Positions 12,071 to 24,494 are shown, counted from the stretch's first letter. The stretch is DNA of 64,000 nt from Octopus sinensis (GCF_006345805.1 NC_043020.1:10974001-11038000), one strand, 5' to 3'. Notes: a model not told the origin generated them from the letters alone. Program-made: numbers and translations.

Positions 12071-14139
12071 GCATATATGAGTACAGGACACCACAAATAA
12101 ACGTAGAACACAACGAGAAACGAAAACATAAAATCAAACAAGGAAACGGACTTTTTTTAACAACAAAAAAAACAGAGTACAAGACAAACAATACAAGGAA
12201 TATTCCCCTTCATCAGCAGCCCTTGGTTCGACTCAATGTGTATATATATATATATATACATACATATATATACATCTATATGTGTGTTTGTGTGTCTGTG
12301 TTTGTCCCCCACCCACCCAACATCGCTTGACAACCGATGCTGGTGTGTTTACGTCCCCGTAACTTAGCGGTTCGGCAAAATAGACCGATAGAATAAGTAC
12401 TAGGCTTACAAAGAATAGGTCCTGGGGTCGATTTTCTCAACTAAAGGAGGTGCTCCAGCATGGCCGCAGTCAAATGATTGAAACAAGTAAAAGAGTAAGA
12501 GAGTATTTATCCAGGTTTTAACATTTCTTTTGAAATAGTCACTTTGCGGAGCAATACACCGTTCCCGTCGTCCTTGCCACTTTTGGAATCCGACCTGGAT
12601 TCAAGCAAGTCAAGGACCTACTGAATTCCCTCTGGATCTCAACAAAGGTGTTAAAACAATGACCCCTGAGCGTCATTTTCATCTTGGGGAAGATGGACGT
12701 CCGCAGGTGCTAAATCTGGCAAATAGGGCAGGTGTAGATGTGATGCTATGTTGTTTTGAGAAAGAAACACATGAATGAGGAGAACTTGGTGAAGAATCCA
12801 ATTCTTCGTGCTTCACAGACTCGGTTGCTTTCAACAAATGTCCTCTCTCAAATGCTTCAAAATGTTACAGTAGAACTCTTGATTAAGGGCTGGCCCTAGG
12901 GGGCAAATTCTCGATGCACAATATATTTTCGAAGGTGATGCTTATGGCAAGTCTTCCAAATTACTCATCGTCTTCCAAGGACACTCTTCCACTTTTGAAA
13001 CACTTGTGCCACTTAAAACATTGCATACGACTCACTGCCTCATTGCTGTAAGCTTGCCAAAGCATGCTCAATATTTTTCTAACAGGCGAGCTGGCAGAAA
13101 CGCTAGCACGCCGGGCGAAATGCGTTGCCGTATTTCGTCTGCCGTTACGTTCCGAGTTCAAATTCCGCCGAGGTCGACTTTGCCTTTCATCCTTCCGGGG
13201 TCGATAAATTAAGTACCAGCTACGCACTGGGGTCGATGTAATCGACTTAATCCCTTTGTCTGTCCTTGTTTGTCTCCTCTGTGTTTAGCCCCTTGTGGGT
13301 AGTAAGGAAATAAATATTTCTCTAACAGACTCCCCAAGTTTAGCACAAAATTTCATGTTGGCTCTTTGTTCCTGTCCATGACAAAATCGCAAACTACACC
13401 ATACATGTAATCACAAAACCGCAAATTTCACAACTTTAGAAGTAAACACAGCACTCACTTAGCGCAGTACCTCATGAAGGTCACTGCTGGCTCACACTGT
13501 GCATATAACTGTGTACTTCCACCCGTTGGCACAGTACAGAACTAGTCTGAGAACCTTTTGATACCACTTTGTATAGAATATAAAGAAAGTCAAGAGGTAG
13601 ATGCATATATTTATTTCACCAGTTCATATCCGTAGGACGACGGTTATTTTGCAGTCAACCTCAAACAAAAATAATCTATTTTAGTGTAGATTATTTTATG
13701 CGCAACTCCATTGTCTCCCGAGACAAAAAGGATGTCAACAACCCCAGTATAGCCCCACTTTTCTCCCAAGTTGGGAGACAATACCGGCCACTTTGGGAAC
13801 CACTGGTGGAGATTATATCAGAATTTGATGTTAAAAAAAAAGAAAAGAAAAGAAAAAAATTATGGGTTACAGTTTGTAAATAGAAATGTGATATGTAGAT
13901 GTGTGCGCTCAACGATTTGTTTTTGACATTAAATTCTGCTTAGTTTAAAATTTACACCATCTGAAATACCGACATTTGGGCGATTAACGAAAGATCGTCT
14001 ATATTTCTAGAAAAAAAAATTAATTTCAATATCTATTTTTCTGATAATTATGAAAAAACAAAGTGAGCGAGTGGGGGAGGGGCAGAGTTTGTTGACAGAC
14101 ACACAAATACTCAAGTACATACACGCATAGATAGGAAGG

Positions 14140-14194
<55 letters not shown>

Positions 14195-14212
14195 ATAGAT
14201 AGACAGACAGAG

Positions 14213-14295
<83 letters not shown>

Positions 14296-14424
14296 CAGAC
14301 AGATAGACAGACAGACAGACAGACAGATAGACAGACAGACAGACAGATAGATAGATAGATAGATACATAGCTAGATAAGATAGATAGATACATAGATAGA
14401 TAAGATAGATAAATAGATAGATAA

Positions 14425-14505
<81 letters not shown>

Positions 14506-15087
14506 AAATAAAACTTTAAGGTTTACCTGAGATAGGACAATAGCAATAATCGCCAGTGTTATCGCAACAATGAGAAGAATAATAGAGATTAGAAAATATT
14601 TTAAGAGAGACTGCTGGGATTTAGTTTTGCTTGATGGTACCTGGGGTTGCAATGAAGGTGTTGATTTAGGACTGTTTTGTTCGATGTCGACTGCTCTACT
14701 TCCTGGTTTGAAAATTACTTTAGCTTTTCCTTCTTGAATTAAACATTCAGCTTCAGGTTTATTGTCATCGGTTAATGACAATTTTGGTGGTAGATCTTTA
14801 CTGTCTTCATCAATTTGAACATGGGTGTCAGTTTCCTTGTGTTTTGGTGTGTCTTGTTCGTTGTCCTCACTGCAGGCTTGGCTAGCAGCTCCTTCCACGT
14901 CTCCGTCGAAACACGGTGATTGTTCTTCTTGAGCAGGCGATGGCATAGCATCACGCTCAGTTATTACATTAGACTCAGGTATTACATTAGGATAGGGTTT
15001 TGCATCAGGATCTGGTACTGCACCAGTATCTGGTATTGCACCAGTATCTGGTATTGCATCAGGATCTGCGGGTATAATAGTGGGCAT
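2279..15087 (-). CDS. TNF-superfamily ligand gene A (type II membrane protein, 4 coding exons, 337 aa): join complement(15087-14527, 7682-7652, 6058-6011, 2652-2279)
   Basis: All junctions are GT-AG, phases 0,1,1, and the frame stays open (561+31+48+374=1014 nt). Architecture: acidic N-tail, TM, Pro-rich stalk, TNF homology domain (AFFLL...NLQW...[17 protein letters not shown], cf. human TNF QLQW...LVVPSEGLYLIYSQV). The paralog at 37693-54379 has the same structure. Extra in-frame exons in intron 1 cannot be excluded. Confidence 0.85.
2653..5105 (-). repeat. 52-bp minisatellite, about 47 copies, made of the exon-4 splice acceptor plus the exon start
   Basis: Sense unit: tattattattactattattatttctttttcag|atggattatttacagtggat. 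True exon start: cag|ATGGACCGACTAATTTACAGTGGAT. Confidence 0.95.
5177..5760 (-). mobile_element. 3' end of an L1/Tx1-like non-LTR retrotransposon
   Basis: Frameshifted [36 protein letters not shown]-terminus, then a 3' UTR with AATAAA (5181-5186) running into (ATT)n. The clade call is from memory of such C-termini. Confidence 0.5.
6011..6058 (-). CDS. TNF-like gene A exon 3 (48 nt, [16 protein letters not shown]; first THD strand)
   Basis: cttatctttcag acceptor, TTAG|GTAAGC donor, phase 1 to 1; same length as and homologous to 43475-43522. Confidence 0.85.
6400..6745 (-). mobile_element. Short element or truncated copy sharing the RTE 3' end, (TGA)n tail
   Basis: Matches the reverse complement of 19300-19670. 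Further copies at 19970-20125, 25605-25960, 37185-37517, 56925-57245 and 59705-60285. Confidence 0.8.
6963..7560 (+). mobile_element. GC-rich SINE-like retroposon with (AAGT)n tail and a 201-bp internal tandem duplication
   Basis: 9-bp TSD atgtttagt (6954-6962 and 7561-7569); absent at the homologous position in gene B (~45920); second copy at 59011-59388. Confidence 0.8.
7652..7682 (-). CDS. TNF-like gene A exon 2 (31-nt micro-exon, [10 protein letters not shown])
   Basis: Long polypyrimidine tract plus ctactttag acceptor; donor CTAT|GTAAGT; phase 0 to 1 as required; flanks homologous to gene B exon 2. Confidence 0.8.
8065..9000. repeat. Palindromic, tandemly duplicated array of tRNA-derived SINE family S2
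   Basis: Head-to-head S2 halves meet at ~8297 and ~8640; a ~346-bp unit is duplicated (8065 and 8410); the flank is also inverted (8456 vs ~8961-9000). Confidence 0.85.
9081..10570. repeat. Tandem repeat, 8 copies, unit 134-141 bp with 211- and 420-bp long variants
   Basis: gtgacacc anchor at 9081, 9501, 9635, 9769, 9909, 10120, 10260 and 10401. Confidence 0.9.
11262..11548 (+). mobile_element. tRNA-derived SINE (family S3)
   Basis: A box tggcctagtggttagg, B box ggtttcgattccc; same head as the reverse copy at 21640-22027. Confidence 0.75.
11749..12503 (+). mobile_element. SINE family S1 with an expanded internal (TA)n
   Basis: S1 head at 11749-11900 and tail at 12290-12503. Confidence 0.8.
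12530..13083 (-). pseudogene. Degenerate mariner transposase fragment
   Basis: [31 protein letters not shown] (mariner HTH region), followed by degenerate catalytic and C-terminal residues ([16 protein letters not shown]); many stops. Confidence 0.75.
13085..13312 (+). mobile_element. tRNA-derived SINE family S2
   Basis: ggcgagctggcagaaacg head, gagttcaaattcc B box, gggtagtaa tail. Other single copies at 23935-24152(-), 27913-28143(+), 43195-43427(+) and 61258-61425(+). Confidence 0.85.
14128..14505. repeat. (GATA)n/(GACA)n microsatellite about 20 nt inside gene A intron 1
   Basis: Direct reading. Confidence 0.95.
14527..15087 (-). CDS. TNF-like gene A exon 1 (187 aa: cytoplasmic tail plus [24 protein letters not shown])
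   Basis: ATG at 15087 with an in-frame TGA 3 nt upstream; non-repetitive ORF; hydrophobic helix ends at CAG|GTAAAC donor (phase 0); (TCTA)n microsatellite follows. Confidence 0.85.
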
Positions 15088-15439
15088 GTTTCAAAGTTTC
15101 GCAAACAAAGAAATAACACGACGTTGAGCTAACACGACATTAACTGCAGCTAAAAAACAACTTTTTACCTAACCTGAACTTTAGCATTACTCACTTCCCC
15201 TCTAATCACCTGCTCTTCTTTTCTCATTGAATACAGGTAGCCTTCTCCAATAACTTCTTCTCTCTCTCCCTTCCCCTCTCTCTCTCTCTCTCTCTCTCCC
15301 CTTCTCTCTCCGTCTCTTACCTTTCATCCCTCTCTTCTTTTCTTCCTGTCTTTTTCTTTCTCCCCTGCTATATCTCAGTTCTTCTCTATCTATTCCTCTA
15401 CACAACTCTTCTTTCAATCCTTGCGCTTTCATTTTATTA

Positions 15440-16640
<1,201 letters not shown>

Positions 16641-17348
16641 AAAGACTCCCATCCAGCCTCACGCTAATACCTATACCCTGTTCTTATCCCTAGCCTATGA
16701 CTTTCTTAAATTTTTGTTTCCTCAGATGCTATATTTTATTCAAAATATTCACCACAGCCTTTCCTTGCATGATTAACTTTGTACAAAAGAAAAAAAATAT
16801 ACAGAATTCTTTTTTGCTGCAGCAACAAGGTAAAGAAATTAAATCCTACCACACCTATATTTCTATGAAATATATATTTATGTAGTTGACAAACTGTACT
16901 ACAACAACTAAATTAGGTTATGAATGTCAATTGTAAGATTGGATAAAATTACAAAATACACCTGAAATGTAACTTTATCTTTATTCAATTGCAACTTCCA
17001 ATTGCAACTACAGTTACTGTACATGTATATGTTAAAGAGGTAGTACAATGCAGAAAAGTAAATAGTAAACTTACACTGTAAACCTGAAAAGAAAAGTTAG
17101 CTTTGAATTGAGGTCAATCAGAACTATGTACTCTTTTTCTCTTTTGTACTCTTTTACTTGTTTCAGTCATTTGACTGCGGCCATGCTGGAGCACCGCCTT
17201 TAGTCGAGCAACTCGACCCCGGGACTTATTCTTTGTGAGCCCAGTACTTATTCTATCGGTCTCTTTTGCCGAACCGCTAAGTGACAGGGGACATAAAAGC
17301 ATCGGTTGTCAAGCAATGCTAGGGGGACAAACACAGACACACAAACAA

Positions 17349-17405
<57 letters not shown>

Positions 17406-17409
<4 letters not shown>

Positions 17410-19670
17410 AGTTGATAGTTCTGTGGTAGCTAAGGCAATTAGAAGCATGAAGACAGGGAAAGCCCCAGGCCCATCAGGAATCACTGCAGAGATGCTCAAA
17501 ATGTCTGGTAGTGTCGGCTATAGCCTAGTCACCCATATAGTTAATCAGGTGATACACAAAGGGGTCATACCCAATGACTGGTGTAGCAGTATAATAGTCA
17601 ACTGCTACAAAGGTAAAGGTGATGCCCTAGATACAAATAACTACAGAGGTATCAAGCTGTTGGACAGGTGATGAAGGTTACGGAGAGGGTCATAGCCCAA
17701 CTAATTAGAGAGAGAGTTAGTTTAGATGAGATGCAGTTTGGGTTTGTGCCAGGGAAAAGTACTACTGATGCTATATTCCTGGTAAGGCAGCTGCAGGAAA
17801 ATACCTAGCCAAAGATAAGCCCCTGTACCTGGCTTTTGTTGACATGGAGAAGCCTTCGACAGGGTCCCCCGATCCCTTATCTGGTGGGCATGAGAAAACT
17901 AGGGATAGATGAATGGTTAGTGAGAGCTGTGCGGGCCATGTATAGGGACGCCGCTAGTAGGGTGAGGGTTGGAAATGAGTACAGTGAAGAATTCCGGGTA
18001 GAGGTAGGGGTCCACCAAGGCTCAGTACTCAGCCCCCTCCTATTTATCATAGTCCTCCAGGCAATAACGGAGGAATTCAAGACAGGATGCCCTTGGGAGC
18101 TCCTCTATGCTGATGACCTTGCTCTAATTGCTGAGTCGCTATCAGAACTGGAGGAGAAGTTTCAGGTGTGGAAACAAGGATTAGAATCGAAGGGCCTCAG
18201 AGTCAATCTAGCTAAAACCAAAGTCGTAATCAGTAGGAAGGTAGACAAATCACAAACACCTTCAGGTAGATGGCCCTGCTCGATCTGTAGAAAAGGTGTA
18301 GGTAGAAACTCTATAAGATGCACCAAGTGTAAGCTATGGACACATAAGAGATGCAGCAATGTCAAAGGAAGGCTAACTAGGAAGATGGTTTTTGTATGTG
18401 GCAGATGCTCAGGAACAATAAACACTGAAAATGCTCTGAGACCAACTTCCGTCACTTTCCAGGGAGAAAAACTAGAAATAGTTGATAGTTTCCGTTACCT
18501 AGGTGACCAAGTCAGCAGCGGGGGTGGGTGTGCTGAAAGTGTAACTGCTAGAGTAAGAATAGCTTGGGCAAAGTTCAGAGAGCTCTTACCTCTGCTGGTG
18601 ACAAAAGGCCTCTCGCACAGAGTGAAAGGCAGACTGTATGATGCGTGTGTACGAACAGCCATGCTACATGGCAGTGAAACATGGGCCGTGACTGCTGAGG
18701 ATATGCGTAAGCTCGCTAGAAATGAAGCCAGTATGCTCCGGTGGATGTGTAATGCCGGTACTCCACACTCGGCAGAGTGTAAGTACCTTGAGAGAAAAGC
18801 TGGACCTAAGAAGCATCAGTTGTGGTGTGCAAGAGAGACGTTTGCGCTGGTATGGTCATGTGGCGAGAATGGATGAAGATAGTTGTGTGAAAAAGTGCCA
18901 CACCCTAGCGGTTGAGGGAACCTGTGGAAGAGGCAGACCCAGGAAAACCTGGGACGAGGTGGTGAAGCACGACCTTCGAACTTTAGGTCTCACTGAGGAA
19001 ATGACTAGAGACCGAGACCTCTGGAAGTGTGCTGTGCGCGAGAAGACCCGGCAGGACAAGTGAGTCCACAACCCGTGGCCTTCTACATGGGATGGAGCCA
19101 GCCTACGTATGCATACCTTCCCTTCTTGGGACACAAAACTCTACTTGTGAAGACGTGTTGAGGCAAGTGAGGATCATAATCGAAATCGATCAATGGAAAT
19201 TGCGGATGTGCTACCAGTGCCTGTGGCATGTCGAAACTCTGCTTGTGAAGACCCATTGAGGCAAGTGAGGATCAGAATCGAAATCGATCAATGGAATCGA
19301 TCAATGGAAATTGCAGATGTGTTACCAGTGCCGGTGGCATGTAAGAGAACTTTCCGTTTCGCGACCGTTGCCAGCACCGCCCCGTTTCGTGTCCGTTGCC
19401 AGCCTCGCCTGGCCCTCGTGCCGGTGGCACATAAAAGCACCATCCGTTCGTGGCCGTTTGCCAGCTCTGTCTGGCACCAGTGCGGGTGGCACGTAAAAAG
19501 CACCCACTACACTCACGGAGTGGTTGGCGTTAGGAAGGGCATCCAGCCGTAGAAACACTGCCAGATTTGACTGGGCCTGATGAAGCCTTCTGGCTTCACA
19601 GACCCCAGTAGAACCGTCCAACCCATGCTAGCATGGAAAACGGACGCTAAATGATGATGATGATGATGAT
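17406..19670 (+). mobile_element. 5'-truncated RTE-clade LINE (RT domain, PHD-like finger, 3' UTR, (TGA)n tail)
   Basis: KAPGPSGIT..., QFGF, QGSVLSPLLF, YADD, FRYLG, RLRWYGHV motifs across three frameshifted ORFs; ends aaatgatgatgatgat. Confidence 0.92.
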
Positions 19671-20364
19671 GATATATATACGACGGGCTTCTTTCAGTTT
19701 CCGTCTACCAAATCCACTCACAAGGCTTTGGTTGTCCCGAGGCTATAGCAGAAGACACTTGCCCAAGATGTCACGCAGTGGGACTGAACGCGGAACCATG
19801 TGGTTGGTAAGCAAGCTACTTACCACACAGCCACTCCTGCACCTATGCATATACAAACATATATAAACATATAGAAAACACATACATGGATGCATACACA
19901 GTGACACAAATGATATACTTAATGTGTTCATATTTTATTGTTAATAAAATCACAAATGAAACTTAGTTAATCATCATCATCGTTTAATGTCCGTTTTCAT
20001 GCTAGCATGGGTTGGACAGTTCGACCAGGGTCTGGGAAGCCAGGAGGCTGCACCAGGCTCCAGTCTGATCTGGCAGTGTTTCTACAGCTGGATGCCCTTC
20101 CTAACGCCAACCACTCTGTGAGTGTAAACCGAGGACAGATGCACTTTTGCTGTTAGCCATTGCAGAGTAAAACCAATTGCTAAGGGGTGGAGGTCACCAC
20201 TGGGGTTGGTGAGACCAAATAGTTTGACCCCCAAAGAACAGGGGGCAAGTGTAAGAAAGGATACTCTGAAAACAGATATTAAATGATGATGTGCATATGT
20301 CTATGTATGTATATAAATATATGTGTGCTTATATATGTATGTGTGTGTGTATATATATATATAC

Positions 20365-21100
20365 GGGTGGATGCCCTTCCTAATGTCAACCACTCTGTGA
20401 GTGTAGTAGGTGCTTTTTACATGCCACCGGCTCAGGTGCCAGGGGAGACTGGAAATGGCCATGATCAGTTGGTGTTTTTTACATGCCATTGGCACGGAAG
20501 CCAGTCAGGCGCCTGGCATCGTCAAGGCACTTCGGTTCGGATGGTGCTTTTTACATGCCACTGGCTCAGGTGCCAGGGGAGGCTGGAAATGGCCGTGAAC
20601 GGTTGGTGTTTTATACATGCCATTGGCACGGAAGCCAGTCAAGGCGGCGCTGGCATCGGCCACGTTCGGATGGTGCTTTTTACATGCCACCGGCTCAGGT
20701 GCCAGGGGAGGCTGGAAATGGCCGTGAACGGTTGGTGTTTTTTACATGCCATTGGCACGGAAGCCAGTCAAGGCGGCGCTGGCATCGGCCACGTTCGGAT
20801 GGTGCTTTTTACATGCCACCGGCTCAGGTGCCAGGGGAGGCTGGAAATGGCCGTGAACGGTTGGTGTTTTTTACATGCCATTGGCACGGAAGCCAGTCAA
20901 GGCGGCGCTGGCATCGGCCACGTTCGGATGGTGCTTTTTACATGCCACCGGCTCACCACTGGAAATGTGATCACATGCCATTGGCACGGAAGCCAGTCAA
21001 GGCGGTGCTGGCATCGGCCACGTTCGGATGGTGCTTTTTACATGCCACCGACACGGGTATCACAACTACAATTTCCATTTGATTTTTTGATGTTGATGTA
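20365..21100 (-). repeat. RTE-3'UTR-derived element with a 129-bp tandem repeat (about 4 copies)
   Basis: ggatggtgc anchor at 20539, 20668, 20797, 20926 and 21026. Confidence 0.85.
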
Positions 21101-21523
21101 ATATTACTTTCAAAATATTAATTCCAAATAGAATGGATATAATATGTTTTATTGACCAAACTTATCATACAGGCACAGGTGTAGCCGTGTGGTTAAGCAG
21201 CTTGCTTTGCAACATGGTCTCATGTTCGGTCCCTCTACACTGCATTTTGAACATACATCTAATTTTTTTTTCTTGAAGCACTCCGTCGGTTATGACGACC
21301 GATAGAATAAGTACTGGGCTTACAAAGAATAAGTCCTATGGTCGATTTGCTCGACTAAAAGCGGTGCTCCAGCATGGCCGCAGTCAAATGACTGAAACAA
21401 GTAAAAGAGTAAAAGAGTATACATACATATAAAGGTGACAATAATATGATGAAAGTAATAAAAGCATCAGTCACCATGTTGTGTTAATTTTCCTTTTCTC
21501 ACCTTCTTTTCTTTCTGTTTTAG

Positions 21524-21554
21524 AAGGACAATAAGCAACAGCCACCTCCACGAT
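21524..21554 (+). pseudogene. Orphan inverted paralog of TNF exon 2 (31 nt, KDNKQQPPPR) with about 200 bp of homologous intron flank (21435-21637)
   Basis: ttctgttttag acceptor and CGAT|GTAAGT donor, phase 0 to 1. Upstream taatatgatgaaagtaata is identical to gene A intron 1; downstream ccatgtctcaataaaa...atattgtaac matches intron 2 of A and B. No partner exons found. Confidence 0.7.
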
Positions 21555-21639
21555 GTAAGTTACTTCCACCGTTCCACCTTCCATGTCTCAATAAAATTAT
21601 CTTGACTCTGTAATATATTGTAACATTAATGAAATCACT

Positions 21640-22027
21640 GGATGGAAGCACTCCGTCGGTTACGACGACGAGGGTTCCGGTTGATCCGAATCAACGGAAC
21701 AGCCTGCTCGTGAAATTAACGTGTAAGTGGCTGAGCACTCCACAGACACGTGTACCCTTAACATAGTTCTCGGGGATATTCAGCGTGACACAGAGAGTGA
21801 CAAGGCCGGCCCTTTGAAATACAGGTACAACAGAAACAGAAAGTAAGAGTGAGAGAAAGTCGTGGTGAAAGAGTACAGCAGGGATCACCACCATCCCCTG
21901 CCAGAGCCTCGTGGAGCATTAGGTGTTTTCGCTCAATAGACGGTCACAACGCCCGGTCTGGGAATCGAAACCGCAATCCTATGACCACGAGTCCGCTGCC
22001 CTAACCACTGGGCCATTGTGCTTCCAC
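21640..22027 (-). mobile_element. tRNA-derived SINE, S3 head with a different 3' tail
   Basis: Reverse complement of the 11262 head; its tail differs from that copy. Confidence 0.75.
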
Positions 22028-22143
22028 ACATCTTCTAATATAGCCATGACCAGCTCATGCCTTGTGAGTGTATTTTGTAGATGGAAACTGTGTGGAAGCT
22101 TATTGTTTTTTTTTTATATGTGTTTAAATATGTATGTATATAC

Positions 22144-22387
22144 TCTTTACTCTTTACTTGTTTCAGTACACTTGACTGCGGCCATGCTGGAGCACCGCCT
22201 TTTTTTTTTTTTAATCGAGCAACTCGACCCTGGGACTTATTCTTTGTAAGCCCAGTACTTATTCCATCGGTCTCTTTTGCCGAACCGCTAAGTGACGGGG
22301 GACATAAACACACCAGCATCAGTTGTCAAGCAATGGTAGAGGGACAAACACAGACACACAAGCATACACGCACACACACATATATAT

Positions 22388-22439
<52 letters not shown>

Positions 22440-23017
22440 CGGGCTTCTTTCAGTTTCCGTCTACCAAATCCACTCACAAGACTTTGGTTGGCTCGAGGCT
22501 ATAGTAGAAGACACTTGCCCAAGGTGCCACACAGTGGGACTGAACCCAGAACCATGTGGTTGGTAAAGAAGCTACTTACCACACATCCACTCCTGCGTAT
22601 ATATATATATATATATATATACGACAGGCTTCTTTCAGTTTCCGTCTACTAAATCCACTCACAAGACTTTGGTTGGCCCAAGGCTATAGTCGAAGACACT
22701 TGCCCAAGGTGCCACACAGTGGACTGAACCCAGAACCATGTGGTTGGTAAAGAAGCTACTTACCACACATCCACTCCTGCGTATATATATATATATATAT
22801 ATATACGACAGGCTTCTTTCAGTTTCCGTCTACTAAATCCACTCACAAGACTTTGGTTGGCCCAAGGCTATAGTCGAAGACACTTGCCCAAGGTGCCACA
22901 CAGTGGGACTGAACCCAGAACTGCGTGGTACCTTGGGAAATTGTCTTCTACTATAGTCTCGGGCCGACCAAAGCCTTGTAAGTGGATTTGGTAGACGGAA
23001 ACTAAAAGAAGCCCATC

Positions 23018-23055
<38 letters not shown>

Positions 23056-23693
23056 TTGGCCCCCAACATCGCTTGACAACCGATGCTGGTGTGTTTACAT
23101 CCCCGTAACTTAGCGGTTCGGCAAAAGAGACCAATAAAATAAGTACTAGGCTTATAAAGAATAAGTCCTGGGGTCGATTTGCTCGACTAAAGGCGGTGCT
23201 CCAGCATGGCCACAGTCACATGACTGAAACAAGTAAAGACTAAAAGACTAAAAGACTACCTTGTAACTAAGATATTTACATGACATGGTTGTTTAGTTTT
23301 AAAAAGATATTGTTGCATAAGTGTCAGAGGCGCAGGAGTGGCTGTGTGGTAAGTAGCTTGCTAACCAACCACACGGTTGCTGGTTCAGTACCACTGCGTG
23401 GCATCTTGGGCAAGTGTCTTCTGCTATAGCCCCGGGCCGACCAATGCCTTGTGAGTGGATTTGGTAGACGGAAACTGAAAGAAGCCTGTCGTATATATGT
23501 ATATATATATGTATGCGTGTGTTTGTGTGTCTGTGTTTGTCCCCCTAGCATTGCTTGACAACCGATGCTGGTGTATTTAGGTCCCCGTCACTTAGCGGTT
23601 CGGCAAAAAGAGACCGATAGAATAAGTACTAAAAGGTGGTGCTCCAGCATGGCCGCAGTCAAATGACTGAAACAAGTAAAAGAGTAAAAGAGA
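22144..23693. mobile_element. S1 SINE cluster with tandemly repeated heads in both orientations
   Basis: S1(-) 22144-22597, two repeated heads to ~22920, S1(+) 22930-23255 and 23329-23693. Confidence 0.8.
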
Positions 23694-24242
23694 GTCCGGA
23701 TCTTGCCAGTTTTAACATAAAGTTCGTTGAATATTTAGGCCAGAATATTGAGGCCAGAGTTTTAATGGTAAAGGGTTAAAAATAACATTGCTTTTTAAGG
23801 CTATCTATACAGATTTTCAATACAAATTATGGCCAGCACTGAGTTTGTCACAACGTTTCGTATCCGTTGTAGCAAAATTAATGCGGGCTATAATTTCTGT
23901 AGAAAATCAGTAGAGACAACTTTATTTCCTTATTGCCCGCAAGGGGCTAAACACAGAGGGGACAAACAAGGACAGACAAAGAGATTAAGTCGATTACATC
24001 GACCCCAGTGCGTAACTGGTACTTCAATTATCGACCCCGAAAAGGTGAAAGGCGAATTCGACTTCGGCAGAATTTGAACTCAGAACGTAACAGCAGATGA
24101 AATACTGCTAAGCATTTTACCCAGTGTTTAACGTTTCTGCCAGCTCGCCGCTAGAAACAACCTGAACAAATGATGTAATAGCACTGCTAACACAGTAGAA
24201 CACAGTGTTTTCTTATAAAAAAGTGTTTAATATAATTTATAG

Positions 24243-24494
24243 CTGTGGTTCCCAAATTGGGTGGTATTGCATCCCTAGGAGCAGTGGGAATTTCCAAGGG
24301 GGTGTCGAAGAAAAGTGGGGCGATAAGAAGGTAGCAGTTCCTGTAAAAACAACAAAATAATGGGTTCATTAAGTAAACCTTTATTTGTGAAATACAAATA
24401 TAGACCTCAGAAGGAGGTCTATATTTGTGATGGCGTTAGGAATGTGAGCTGGGTGTCAAGGGGGCGACAGCCCATAAAAGTTTGGGAACCACTA
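24243..24494. mobile_element. hAT-like MITE
   Basis: TIRs ctgtggttcccaa / ttgggaaccacta; degenerate 8-bp TSD atttatag/ttttattg. Confidence 0.6.

Noticed and set aside
20283-21101. 272-aa and 199-aa ORFs with 43-aa repeats
   Set aside because: They are translations of a 129-bp minisatellite inside an antisense RTE 3' UTR copy.
23790-23830. Possible exon-3 donor remnant of the orphan plus-strand TNF copy (ctatacagatt)
   Set aside because: The match is only ~10 nt in AT-rich DNA and no exon sequence is recognisable.
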